From Aplysia californica (Eukaryota), in contig NW_004798321.1 in assembly GCF_000002075.1 (NCBI RefSeq), positions 41,747 to 95,295 on the forward strand: 53,549 bases of DNA, in the 5' to 3' direction. This document shows, piece after piece, positions 1-12,394 of this stretch. The notes beneath the pieces were generated by a model. That model was not told where the DNA came from, did not search any database, and saw only the letters and a program-made list of their open reading frames with translations. Position numbers and translations under genes: made by a program. Each line of letters begins with the position of its first letter. Position 1 is the stretch's first letter.

Positions 1-194
1 ACACACACACAAAAACACACACCCATCTTACTTCACGAACAATTATTATAAGCCCATCTACCACCAGTGACAATGTTGAGATCATTGCTTCATCGTCTGT
101 CTCTCTCTATGCCCCCCCCCCACCCCACCCAAGTACGTGCCTCACAGACAAACACATCTTTTCTCCACGCTCCCAGTCACTTGTTTGGCCCAAC

Positions 195-690
195 GTCCCA
201 CAGAACACATCCTGCTGTAACCATATTTACAGTATATATATATAGTTATAGTAGTGTAGCATACCACTATTTGAACGTCTTTCCAAGCTATAACGTCAAA
301 CAGATCACACCCTGTTGTAGCCATATTTACAGTATATATAGTTAGAGTTTTAAGTGTAGCATACCATTATTTGTTCCGTCTTTCCAAGTTATAACGTCTG
401 ACAGAACACTTCCTGCTGTAGCCATATTTACAGTATATATAGTTAGAGTTATAGTAGTGTGCCATACTACTATTTAATTTTGTTCGTCTTTCCAAGTTAT
501 AACGTCAAACAGATCACATCCTGCTATAAACTTATAATTATAGTAGTGTACCATGCCACTATTTGAACGTCTTTCCAAGTTATAACGTCAAACAGAACAC
601 ACCCTGTTGTAGCCAAATACATAGAGTTATAAGTGTAGCATACAACTTTGATTTGTTCTGTCTTTCCAAGTTATAATTTCGCTACACACA
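195..690. repeat. Degenerate minisatellite, ~90-100 bp unit, ~5 copies
   Basis: Recurring cagaacacatcctgctgtagccatatttacagtatatatag...gtctttccaagttataacgtcaaa. Confidence 0.85.
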
Positions 691-744
691 AACCGCTACC
701 CTAGAATTACAACGTTTTATGTGCCCAAACCTTGTTTTTGAGAA

Positions 745-1545
745 ATTGGACGTAAAAACTGTTGAGTTTCACAATTTGTCAAGCTTTTTCGAATGCAATT
801 CTTTGAATGTCTTAATAACGACTCCGAATAATCTTACGATTTTGATAGAACATTACGGTGTTTTACTTCATGGTTTAATAGTAACTCAAAAAATGCCAAA
901 AAGTCAGATTGAACTTTGTAATTCTGAAATATCGACTTGTTTGGCCAATGCCTCACAGACGGACTCTACTGTAGCCTTCATGCATTTTGTAGATACAGTA
1001 CTGTCATCATCATCCAGTGCCAGATCTGCGACAGACATCGGCGATCATGGTTTTTTCTATTCATTCCTTTGCTCGGATGCTCTCAAAAAAGCTACGTTTC
1101 CCTGATCTTTCCCTGTTACCCATTTGTTTAGGTTCCCTAAGTAGGCTGCTCTGGCCTACCTCTGCCTCGCTTGCCCTCAATTTTGCCAGTGAGAGCTAGA
1201 TGTTCAAGACCCTTATGTCTATTCAGGTGTCCCAAAAACTGCATTTGTCGTTTCCTGATTGTTTTTACCAGTGAGCGTCCCACGCGGGCTTCATCAAGCA
1301 CTATATAGTACCTTAGCATGCCACTATTTTCTTACAAGGTTCTGTCGGCCCGTACCTAATTTTGATAAATTTGACGTAGGTTAAACATTTTGAATTTTAC
1401 AACTTGTCAAGCTTTTTCGAATGCAATTCTTCGAATATCTTGATAACGACTCCGAAGTATCTTACGATTTTGATAGAGCAGGTATAACGTAATTTGGTTT
1501 CTGACTTCATGGTCTCAGTGGCCTAACTCAAAACGGCCAAAAAAT
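745..1545. repeat. ~150-bp direct repeat (~745-900 and ~1370-1545)
   Basis: ttgtcaagctttttcgaatgcaattctt.gaat.tctt.ataacgactccgaa..atcttacgattttgatag occurs twice. Confidence 0.75.
1140..1300 (-). mobile_element. RTE-clade LINE 3' fragment
   Basis: LVKTIRKRQMQFLGHLNRHKGLEHLALTGKIEGKRGRGRP, typical of the RTE ORF C-terminus. Confidence 0.75.
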
Positions 1546-2087
1546 GTGAGATATAATTTTACAATGATTCTTAGGTAGCGATTTATCATTACATAAGATT
1601 TTTCGGTACCTGTCCACTTGCCCCTAATTATTTGCTGTGCTGTGTCAATTGATTAAGTTACAGTTTAAGTTAGGATTAGGATAAATGTTAGGACTTTGAT
1701 TTTGGGAGGGGCGGCTCGCGGGTTTAAAAAGTTGGCGTGTACAATAAAGCTATCGCACTTTGAAGACAGTCAAGGGCATTGTAAAGGGAATGGTGTATAA
1801 TTTTAATATCCTTGGGTTGGTGAGGACCTAATGCTTTTACTTTCATTTTTTAAATTTGTCGCTTTGATTCCTAAAACTACACAATATATTTGTTAGCTAA
1901 AAACCAATTCTGTTCATCTTGCATCTTTCTAAAAACCTAACAAAAATGATGGCAGTTAGTGAGTTGACACCGGAAGTTGCCATTACGGAACCAGTGACTT
2001 CAGTAGCATCTAAGCTCCTTGAGTAGCATGCAGTTCCTTACTGCAAGCAGGCAGGATGTGGGGTTGGGGGGGGGAGCATCTCGTGGT

Positions 2088-2320
2088 CTGTGGGCTTTGG
2101 GCTGTGTGGTGTGTGGGTCTTGTGTCTGGACTGTGGTGTGTGGGTCTTGTGTCTGGACTGTGGTGTGTGGGTCTTGTGTCTGGGCTGTGGTGTGTGGGTC
2201 TTGTGTCTGGGCTGTGGTGTGTGGGTCTTGTGTCTGGGCTGTGGTCTGTGGGTCTTGTGTCTGGGCTGTGGTCTGTGGGTCTTGTGTCTGGGCTGTGGTC
2301 TGTGGGTCTTGTGTCTGGGC
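2088..2320. repeat. 27-bp minisatellite running into an assembly gap
   Basis: (ggctgtggtgtgtgggtcttgtgtctg)n, about 8 copies. Confidence 0.9.
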
Positions 2321-3294
2321 NNNNNNNNNNNNNNNNNNNNNNNNNNNNNNNNNNNNNNNNNNNNNNNNNNNNNNNNNNNNNNNNNNNNNNNNNNNNNNNN
2401 NNNNNNNNNNNNNNNNNNNNNNNNNNNNNNNNNNNNNNNNNNNNNNNNNNNNNNNNNNNNNNNNNNNNNNNNNNNNNNNNNNNNNNNNNNNNNNNNNNNN
2501 NNNNNNNNNNNNNNNNNNNNNNNNNNNNNNNNNNNNNNNNNNNNNNNNNNNNNNNNNNNNNNNNNNNNNNNNNNNNNNNNNNNNNNNNNNNNNNNNNNNN
2601 NNNNNNNNNNNNNNNNNNNNNNNNNNNNNNNNNNNNNNNNNNNNNNNNNNNNNNNNNNNNNNNNNNNNNNNNNNNNNNNNNNNNNNNNNNNNNNNNNNNN
2701 NNNNNNNNNNNNNNNNNNNNNNNNNNNNNNNNNNNNNNNNNNNNNNNNNNNNNNNNNNNNNNNNNNNNNNNNNNNNNNNNNNNNNNNNNNNNNNNNNNNN
2801 NNNNNNNNNNNNNNNNNNNNNNNNNNNNNNNNNNNNNNNNNNNNNNNNNNNNNNNNNNNNNNNNNNNNNNNNNNNNNNNNNNNNNNNNNNNNNNNNNNNN
2901 NNNNNNNNNNNNNNNNNNNNNNNNNNNNNNNNNNNNNNNNNNNNNNNNNNNNNNNNNNNNNNNNNNNNNNNNNNNNNNNNNNNNNNNNNNNNNNNNNNNN
3001 NNNNNNNNNNNNNNNNNNNNNNNNNNNNNNNNNNNNNNNNNNNNNNNNGAAGGGGGGGGGGGCATCTCGTGGTCTGAAGACTGTGGTGTGACGCAATGAC
3101 AACGACACACCGCCTCACAAGCACTGTCAGTTGTCACGGATTTGCTGACGGCACGCGCTAGACTTCACTTTCTCCTCAAGGTGACAAAACATTTGACTGG
3201 TTCTGTTGTGTGTGGAGATTGTTGTGAGTTGTTTTTTGTCTTCCTCTGCTAGATCTCATGAGTAGTCGACTTCTGGTTCTTTTTTGTCTCGTTT

Positions 3295-3620
3295 TAGTAT
3301 GGTTTTACGGCGCTTGCAACTGCATAACGTCATATGAGTGCCAATTCTGGTTCTTTGACCTCCTGCAGTGCATCTGATTTTTACGTATGTGACAGTTTTC
3401 TCCTACTTAGTAGGGCCCATTGCAGCCACACTCTGATTTCGAAGGTACTCTGTACGACAAGTGTAATTTCAGTTTTGGTAGGAATTAATTTTGTTGATTT
3501 TTTCCCCGAGTGGCAGCCAAAGCCTACTCTTATCGAGTTTAGGATCACCGAGGGATCTTGAACGTGCGTAACTTGCACACGCGACTTCCTAGGGTTTTTT
3601 TCCCCCCGTATCCGAGAAGT
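3295..3620 (-). mobile_element. SINE with shared 3' tail and Meta-like central motif
   Basis: Tail ttttacggcgcttgcaactgcataacgtcatatgagtgcc (3303-3342). Motif gggatcttgaacgtgc near 3550. Confidence 0.6.
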
Positions 3621-4009
3621 CAGTGTGATAAAGGGATATTAACCATTGCTGAAACTGTTATTACATTTTCAAACTCGAGATCAAACAATAAGGATATGCT
3701 TTACCTCACCATGCCCCATTTTACTAACACACGTATTTGTTATCAAGATAAGTTATTATGATTCGCTGTTTGGACGTCACTGATTGTTTGCTCCAACCTC
3801 ATTCTATTCTAACGCCGGGGTGAATATTGACGTCTGTCATCGGAAAACGTGTATTTGTTATCTGGAAGATCAGCGGAAACACACGATTCAAGAAGCCTCT
3901 TAATCCTGAGCAATATATAAAAATTATATGTTCGACAAAGTTAAGTCTGCAACACTACAATATTCGCACAGTTCTGAAGTTGTTGTACCCTTCCTATTCA
4001 GCAAGACAT

Positions 4010-4269
4010 ATTTGGTCGTTTTTAAGTTTAAAGGACAAGAGGGCTATCCCAGATTTCGGGGGTTTCCAGAACTTTTGACCCTCGCCTAGAGTGGGCATTG
4101 CCCCACCTATAGGAGAAGTTTGGTTACATTGGTGTGTATATTTGTTTGGTTGTAGAGAAAACTCTCCTTGTCTTTTAAAAAACTGAAAAAGGGGCAAAAA
4201 CTTTACCTTCGATCTTCTCAAAACAGCTTTTTTCAGGGATAGCCCCCTTGTGCTTAAAAGCAACCAATT
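4010..4269. mobile_element. MITE (~255 bp, ~34-bp terminal inverted repeats), copy 1
   Basis: Ends ttggtcg....aaggacaagagggctatccc and gggatagcccccttgtgcttaaaagcaaccaa. A second copy lies in the opposite orientation at 36249-36501. Confidence 0.8.
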
Positions 4270-6339
4270 GTTGGGAATATATTATGTGAGGCATCGTGGT
4301 GAAATCAGGCGCTCGACAAAATGATGTAATCGAAGAAACCGGCAGTTTTTCAGCTGGTTTGGCTATTTCTTCGAATTTTAGTTTTTTTTGGATTAACACC
4401 TTTTTATGTCCAATCAAAAACACATCTCTGTGTGGATTTTGCTGCGGGGTAAATCGTTGATTAAAGACACACAAAAAATGTAACTTTGCAGTTTCCAAGG
4501 ACTATAAAGCTATGGAAGTCACCAAACTTTGGCGGCCATTTTCACGCCAACTTTATATCTGAAGCCAGGTCACACACACTCCTTCAGTCACGTAAATATC
4601 TTGACTTCTATTAAAGATGACTAGGTATTTTTTTTTTCACCAAAAGCAAGACAGATGAACAAGCATGAAGGTAATCAGGGCCAAACATTGACAAGCGCCT
4701 GATTCCATGGCGTTAAGACTCATTATTATTATGAAGGATTTTAAAATGGAGAAGGCGAAGACGAGAATTTTGTGTGGCCATTTGTGCTAGGCTGTACCTT
4801 TCGACAGTGTCCACTCCAAGCTTTTTCGACCAAAACCTCGTNNNNNNNNNNNNNNNNNNNNNNNNNNNNNNNNNNNNNNNNNNNNNNNNNNNNNNNNNNN
4901 NNNNNNNNNNNNNNNNNNNNNNNNNNNNNNNNNNNNNNNNNNNNNNNNNNNNNNNNNNNNNNNNNNNNNNNNNNNNNNNNNNNNNNNNNNNNNNNNNNNN
5001 NNNNNNNNNNNNNNNNNNNNNNNNNNNNNNNNNNNNNNNNNNNNNNNNNNNNNNNNNNNNNNNNNNNNNNNNNNNNNNNNNNNNNNNNNNNNNNNNNNNN
5101 NNNNNNNNNNNNNNNNNNNNNNNNNNNNNNNNNNNNNNNNNNNNNNNNNNNNNNNNNNNNNNNNNNNNNNNNNNNNNNNNNNNNNNNNNNNNNNNNNNNN
5201 NNNNNNNNNNNNNNNNNNNNNNNNNNNNNNNNNNNNNNNNNNNNNNNNNNNNNNNNNNNNNNNNNNNNNNNNNNNNNNNNNNNNNNNNNNGTGAAATAAC
5301 AGCAATATAAAACTATCTGCACGCAAATCTATGTGTTTTTTATTATCCGGATTGACGGCTTATCAGAAAAAAGGTATCTACTTAGAAATATAGGTTACTT
5401 CGATGACTTCCCTACAGATATAAGGAACTGATAAGTGTTTGAGTATATACGTCACTATCATAGTTTCAACATCTGAGTGTAACAGACAAAAGCTACAGAC
5501 AAGAAAGATAAGTTTTACCTCAGATAACAATAACAACATTTATGATGCAGGGTTCAAGGGTAAAGATAATATGAAGCAACGTGTGTGTTAAGATAATATT
5601 AGTATGAAGTAACGTTTGCGTTTTAAAATACTTGCCCCTAATTAATTGTCTTTGCTCCAAGTTTGCTCACTGTGCAGAGAGAGAAGCATATTCTAGAGTC
5701 AGGAGAGTGGTAGTGGTGTTTTAATTGTCGAGGATTTTGGACGTCTTGATTTTTTCCAAAGGGACAGAGTAAGCTTTTTGTGTCTGTTCATGATTGTTGC
5801 TGCTGTTGTTGTTTTTGGTGGTTGGTGGAGTGCGCCACTGGAAGGTTCTACTTCCTTTCTTTTCCTCTGTTGTTTCTGTCTGTCTATCTGTCTGTCTGTT
5901 TCTGCACTAAATGATCATAACAAGTGTGTCAATATACATCTGTTTACGCAAACGAACAAACCAACCCACCAATCAACCAACCAACCAACCAAACAAACAA
6001 ACAAACAAGCTAGCAGGCAGTCAAATAAACAAACCAACAAACATGTTGTTTTCGATGGTCAGGTCCTGATAATCCTTTGCATCCTTCAGATGTTGTTGGT
6101 CAGTTCTGCACACTTTCAGAAACCGTCAGGGATTTGATCTTTGTCATTAGCATCGGTGAACCCCATCATGCAAGGCTGAGGTGGTGGCAATTATGTTGTT
6201 TTTTTTCTTCTTGAAAATGTAAGTGCTTTTACGCTCCCATCGACACATTTCAGATAATAATTGAGAGGGCGAGCCTGGACCCTGTTTGTAAAGGCCAACG
6301 CAGACGAGAGGGATACAACGTCCCAGCAGCAAAACAGAG

Positions 6340-6660
6340 AACCCGGACTCCTGACTTTTTCTGCAGCCTTTTACTGCTACTCCTTGGCTCCTTCTTACTG
6401 CTGTCTTTCAGACACACCCCTGATCTTCTGGTAGGAAAGATATTCACCTAGCCTTCTCGGACAAGGGCGAAAAATCTCGGAGGTCCCTTGTGCAAGTTGC
6501 GCACGTTAAAGATCCCTTGGTGGTTAAAAAATCGATTTGAGTAGGCTTCGCCTGCCACCCGGGCAAAATTTAAAAATGTCCTACCAATTGAAAATGTTAA
6601 ATGTGTATTGCGCGCTCATATGACCTTATGCAGTTGCGAGCACCGTAAAACACTTACCCA
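6340..6660 (+). mobile_element. SINE family B (5'-truncated)
   Basis: Contains gaggtccc...gcacgttaaagatccc (resembles the Meta-SINE central domain) and the tail catatgaccttatgcagttgcgagcaccgtaaaacac. Homologous to 39515-39900 (-). Confidence 0.75.
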
Positions 6661-6842
6661 CAAAAAAAATCCCCCTGGCCTTTTGTTTTTATACTATAGT
6701 TGAGCTACACCCCTACTTTGTGGGGCATCACGTTCTGAATAATCCCAAGTCTGAATGTTTGTGGACAAGAATATAAGATAAGATACATCTTTAAGGTCAC
6801 GATCCTGGCACATTGGTTTGGTGTTTCACCACATACACATAT

Positions 6843-6894
<52 letters not shown>

Positions 6895-8309
6895 TACTTC
6901 TGTTTTCCCCTGACGGAAACATAATTTTGAAGGTGGATTTTTTTTGGTTTGAAAAAAGAATGACAGCAAAAAGAGAAGGAAAAAAGAAGGTCAAGACATG
7001 CCAAAGTACATAGCACACCACAATCATACTTGTGTCACAACATGGTGGAATCTGGCGGTTGTCAATTTTTGAGCACATAGAGTTATTGGTATAATCTTAA
7101 AGCTTGTTTATTTGTCTTGCTTTGGATGAAAATAATAATGTCTGGCTTTTGTGTTTGACCAACAAACTTATTATTTATTTAATGGTATTTCACTATTCTT
7201 TCTGGTTTTTAGTGGGCCTTTGAGCTTCCTGACAATTCTGTTCTCCTCAAGCTTTCTGGAAGGGATTTTGTGTAAGAGAAAGGACAAAAACATGACCATA
7301 TCAACATGCTCTTTCCCCAGGTCTCGTGTTTCCAAGACTCATACAGATCGCAGTAGGTTTGAGGTAGGAAGAGTTGTTATGATGTTATGATTTGAGTATT
7401 CAAAGCTCATCCGGAAATGATTTTAATTTTTGTGCTATGTAAACAATTGAAGGGCCTGACCTGAACACATAAATGATACATCACAGATCCGCAACCTTTT
7501 GGTATGTCATAGGTGCTTTGAGATGAAGTTAAATTAATGACACTAGTTTGTAGAGGAATGTATGAATTGTGTAAACAAGTAAACAGGGGTAGGTTTACCC
7601 TGTGTGGAAAGAGCAAGAGCATTTTATGAGAGTGTTATAATCCCTTTGCCCTGTTCCTTACACAACAGTTATTCATTTTTTAAAAACCAAAATAATTTTT
7701 CTCTATTGTACTTGGAATTTAATTGTACTGTAACTGAATTTGATAATACAGTCAAACCTGTGTAAGACGGCCACCCATTGTCANNNNNNNNNNNNNNNNN
7801 NNNNNNNNNNNNNNNNNNNNNNNNNNNNNNNNNNNNNNNNNNNNNNNNNNNNNNNNNNNNNNNNNNNNNNNNNNNNNNNNNNNATTCACATGCATAATAT
7901 AAAAGAACAGTAATATATATATACATATAGATATATATAGATATATATAAACTCGTTCTTTCTGATGAACTGCCGAGCTGAGAGACGTGGTGGTTATATC
8001 AATAAGCCTAGTTAGCCTACTTACTGGGACCGCAAATCTGCCCTACTTGTGGTTTTTGGCTCTCCGGACTCTATTTTTGGTCAGTGTGTTTGACCTTCAA
8101 TCGCTTGTATACCTGTAGAACGTTAGGTCTCTGTATGTTTGACGTTTGATCGCAAGTACATCACTAATTTGTTCTCCCATCTCTTGTGTTCTAAGCACTC
8201 GTAACCACAATGATAATTATGTTATCTGAGTTATCATCATCATCATCATCGTTATGATTAATCATGATTGTTTTAATTAAGTGTTTGATCGCTGGTACGG
8301 CACCTGTGA

Positions 8310-8565
8310 ATTAAGCGCAAACTGAGATGGTATGGGCACATAACAAGATCAACAGGACTTGCAAAGATGATCCTACAGGGCACCGTGCGAGGAGGGAGAA
8401 GGAAAGATAGACAGAAAAAGAGATTGGAAGACAGCATAGAGCTAGAGGAATGGACAGAATTAAAGTTGGGTGAAGCCATTCGAAAGGCTGGAAACAAAGA
8501 AAGATGGAGAAAAGTGGTTGCCCGTTCATCCTTGGTGCCCCAACGGTCAACTAGACTAAGTGAAA
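8310..8565 (+). mobile_element. RTE-clade LINE 3' fragment
   Basis: KRKLRWYGHITRSTGLAKMILQGTVRGGRRKDRQKKRLED...WRKVVARSSLVPQRSTRL. Confidence 0.8.
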
Positions 8566-9589
8566 AGTCAAGTTTAAAATGAAATAAAATAAGAGAGAAA
8601 GAGATAAGATGATACTTAATTATCCGAGCGGGGAATTTTTCTTGGCTGTACAAGACCGTAAAAACACATGCAGGTATACATAAAAATGTAAATGATATAT
8701 TACTCTCATTAAAATTCAATATGAAAAGAGAAGTAAAGCTGACAAAATGTACATTTCACATCAGATGCATCATTCAACCACATGCAGGAATTTAATTACA
8801 AGACCTTTAGAGTTATATAGATACATATTCGAAAGAGTAATTCGCATTGATGCTTATTCTGACAATAACCTTATGCTAGATGGTAATAAACTTCTTTTAT
8901 ATCTTTCTCTCTTTGTTTTTGGAGGTACATATCTGCCGCTGCGTGATCTTACAATCAGCGTGGAAAGGGGTTGTGATGGGTCGTTTATAACGCTTTTTAT
9001 CTATTTTTATACTTGTGGTGTTATACCTTTCATCAGTTCTAGTAAAATCATAATCAGAGATCTTGCTGGCTTTCTTTGTTTTTAGAGGAACGAATAACGA
9101 CACAGTGGGAGATGAAACAACACTGTTGTTTCCAGCGACACTCGCTGTCACAAGGCGGCGCTGTTAGGTCAGCTGGTACAACGCTGTGACGTCTGTGCTC
9201 ACGACCCAGGTTCCAATCTAGACGCTGAGCACACCAACAACCCAAAATATAATCAACCCACCCTCCCCCCGACTTTCCCAAAAAAAATTTAAAAGGAAAA
9301 GAATATTAAAAAATAATCAAACAAACAAAACTAAAAAACAACAAATATTTTAAAAACTGAACTTTTTGGGGCATAATGTGAAGGCTACATACACTATGAA
9401 CAATAAACAAAAAGCAAACAAGCAAAAAGTTTTTTTAAAAACCCCCAAAAACCTTGTTGACACAACGTGAAGGCAACACACCCTGTTTTCCTGTTTTTCC
9501 TGCTATTTTTTCTTTAATTTGTTTTTGTTTTCCCCTCGTCAGAACTGACTGCCCTAGGAGAACACAACAGGACACTTCTCTGACGAGTT

Positions 9590-9715
9590 GATGAGCCGGA
9601 AGTGAAAGACGAACGTAGTTTGGAACATGTCGCCGTGAGGTCTGCAATCCTAAATCTTCCGGGCAGAGAAAGTGAGATCTCGAGACATCTTTGGGTGGCG
9701 AAGTGACGTCATAAT
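9590..9715 (+). promoter_or_regulatory. Possible promoter of the Rab-like gene (ETS and CRE consensus sites)
   Basis: CCGGAAGTG at 9596-9604 and TGACGTCA at 9704-9711 in a locally CpG-containing stretch 0.7-0.8 kb upstream of the ATG. Motif matches only. Confidence 0.3.
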
Positions 9716-9754
9716 CTACCCTCGACCCACGGAGCAATACTCATTGTTATATTA

Positions 9755-9915
9755 CAGAGTTTTATTTCCTGAGATCGACTGGGAATTGTTTCTTCTGAGG
9801 GTTTTCTTTCCTGACATCGACAGGGGATTGTTACGTTCGAAAGTTTTCTTTCCTGATATCTACAGGGAATTGTTACGTTACTGAGTTTTCTTTCCTGACA
9901 TCGACAGAGAATTGT
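9755..9915. repeat. ~42-bp minisatellite, 4 copies
   Basis: gttttctttcctgacatcgacagggaattgttacgtt repeated. Confidence 0.8.
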
Positions 9916-10431
9916 GATGCATGGGCCATTATTATAAGCCCGCTTGCTGGGGAATTCTGGGAACGTTCTCCACTGTTTACTGAGATCTTAGTCGCTGTTG
10001 ACCTTGCCAATCTGAATAAACATTTGAGAGGGAGCAAGCAACTTTCAACTCAACTGTTACGTTTTATATTTATTTGTCTATTCGCTTACGTTTCTTTATT
10101 TATTTACCGTTTTACTTATTCCTTTATTTATTNNNNNNNNNNNNNNNNNNNNNNNNNNNNNNNNNNNNNNNNNNNNNNNNNNNNNNNNNNNNNNNNNNNN
10201 NNNNNNNNNNNNNNNNNNNNNNNNNNNNNNNNNNNNNNNNNNNNNNNNNNNNNNNNNNNNNNNNNNNNNNNNNNNNNNNNNNNNNNNNNNNNNNNNATGA
10301 TGCCCCTACTCCTACCTCACAACACGTGAGTCCATACGTCCAATGAGAGCAACAGACAGAATACCAACCTACCACTCATCAAACTACAGTAGTTCATTCG
10401 ACTCCTCCTGTTCTAAACATATCTCCTCGAA

Positions 10432-10645
10432 ATGACGAGCACACGCTTTGACTTCACCGTGAAGATCATCGTGCTAGGAGACAGGAGTGTGGGCAAGAGC
10501 TCCTTCCTGGCCTTGCTGGCTGACCACGACCCTGACGTCACGGGCTCCCCCACCAGGTGTCTGGACTACCGGCCCAACGGTCACGTGGAGATGGACATGT
10601 GCAAGAACGGCAAGAGGATCCTGGCCAAAGTGGCGGACACTGGGG
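10432..10645 (+). CDS. Atypical Rab-family small GTPase, coding exon 1 of 4
   Basis: ATG at 10432. Translates as MTSTRFDFTVKIIVLGDRSVGKSS (beta1 + P-loop GxxxxGKS) ... KNGKRILAKVADTG. Phase-1 donor G|GTGTGT at 10646. Confidence 0.9.
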
Positions 10646-10791
10646 GTGTGTTCTCTTTCTACGATTGTTTGGTGGTTTGGTATTTGTTTTGGGGTTCTTG
10701 TGGTTGGTTGTCTGGGGGTTTTTTTGGTTTCTTTGTTTTGTTTGGTATTGGTTTGGTTGTTTGTTTATTTGTTTGTTTTCTTGTTTGGTTG

Positions 10792-10860
10792 AAGAACGAG
10801 AAGAGAATCCTGGTCAAAGTGGCGGATACTGGGGGTGCTGTTCCTACAATTGTTTGGTGT
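10792..10860 (+). repeat. Intronic duplicate of the Rab exon-1 3' end and donor site
   Basis: aagaacgagaagagaatcctggtcaaagtggcggatactgggg|gtgctg vs aagaacggcaagaggatcctggccaaagtggcggacactgggg|gtgtgt, offset 189 nt. Confidence 0.9.
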
Positions 10861-11339
10861 TTTTGTGTTTGTTTTGTGTTTGTTGGGGGTTTTTTTGACC
10901 TTGTTGTGTATTGTTTTGTATTGTTTTGTTGTTTGTTTGATTTTTTCTTTCTTGTTTGGTTGTTTGGTTTCTTTTTTTTTGCCTTCTTGTTCGGGTGTTT
11001 GTTTGTCTTTTGTGAGGGGTTTGTTTGTTTGATTGGTTGACGAGTAAAATTTTTATTTTGTTTTGTTTTGTTCTTTCTTACTTTTTTTCAGAAGGAGAGG
11101 TTGGGCAATAATTACAAATGCACTCGATTCTACTCAAACAACCACCTATCCAAGAGATTCACCTTTACAAATGACACCCCCCACCCCTATTCCCTTGTTT
11201 AGTTTATCTGTAGGCCTATCATAATGACAGTTCCCCAGACGAACACCTCTCTAAGACGCCCACTGTTCTCCTCCACTACGTGTGGTCGTCTTGTTCATCT
11301 CAGACTGTATTTTGGATATTTTGTTGGATGTGTTATAAT

Positions 11340-12270
11340 AGATTTACGAAAGAATGAAAAAATAAATGATTGGAAAATGATGATTGAATGAAATAACAAA
11401 TGAATGGATGTAAAAGAAATGAATTTATGCTACAAAATAATGCAAGATTGAAATAACAAATAAATGAATGTAAACTTAGTACATGTCTGCTATAAGAATA
11501 ATGAATGAATAGAATAACAATAAGTTGTTGTTGTTGTTTTCAAATAATAAGAAAACGAGTATAAAAGAAACGACTGTATGCTTAAAAAATAATGCGTAAG
11601 TGAAATAATAGATCTAACTGAATGAATGTAAACTAAATAAATGTCTGCTATAAGAGTAATGAATGAATTAAATAATAGGTAGACTAATGTAAGAGAAATG
11701 ACTGTATACTATAAAAAGAATGAATGAATGAAATAATAATAAATGAATACAAAATAAATAAATAAACGCATGCTGTAAAAATACTGAATGAATGAAATAA
11801 TAAGTAAACGAGTATAAAAGAAACGACTGTATGCTTAAAAAAATAATGCGTAAGTGAAATAATAGATCTAACCGGATGGATGTTAACTAAATAAATGTCT
11901 GCTATAAGAATAATGTATGACTGAAATGATAAATAAATGAATGTTAAAGAAATGACCGCACTCAATGAAAACTATGCATAAATGAAATAATGAATGTAAA
12001 AGAAACTTCTGTATGCTCTAAAACAACGCATAAATGAAATAATGAATAAAAGGTTGTAAAAGAAATGACTGTATGCTGTAAAATTAATAAATGGAAGATA
12101 TAGTAAATGTATGAATGAAAACAAAATGACTACATGACTTAAAATAGTGAATAAATGAAACAATAAACAAATGTAACAGAAATGACTTCCTTCCATGAAA
12201 TAAATGCATAGATGAAAAAATATATAAATAAATAAACAAATAAGTGATGTAAAATAATAAGATAAATGTC
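11340..12270. repeat. AT-rich degenerate tandem repeat in Rab intron 1
   Basis: Recurring aaagaaa(c/t)gactgtatgct, ataaatgtctgctataaga and (gaat)n. Confidence 0.75.
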
Positions 12271-12285
12271 TTCTATCTGGCTCAG

Positions 12286-12394
12286 GTCAGGAGAGGTTCC
12301 GAAGCATCACCGCCTCCTTCTACCGCGGCTCCCAGGGATGTCTTCTCATGTTTGACGCCGAGAAACCGGACACTTTCAGTCATGTGTACACCTG
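12286..12394 (+). CDS. Atypical Rab-family GTPase, exon 2
   Basis: Acceptor ctcag|. Continues in phase to GQERFRSITASFYRGSQGCLLMFDAEKPDTFSHVYT(W), covering G3, RabF3 RFRSIT and a RabF4-like FYRGS. Donor TG|GTAAGT, phase 2. Not in the ORF track. Confidence 0.92.

Noticed and set aside
2000-3137. Long ORFs in all six frames here and at other N runs (e.g. 4741-5326, 30750-31524, 34960-36147, 45517-46260)
   Set aside because: Artefacts of assembly gaps and stop-free tandem repeats. Only the 31371-31470 portion is supported as an exon.
10646-11040. Hydrophobic C-terminal half of the 202-aa ORF as a multi-pass membrane domain
   Set aside because: GT-rich low-complexity intron 1. The Rab sequence resumes correctly at 12286.
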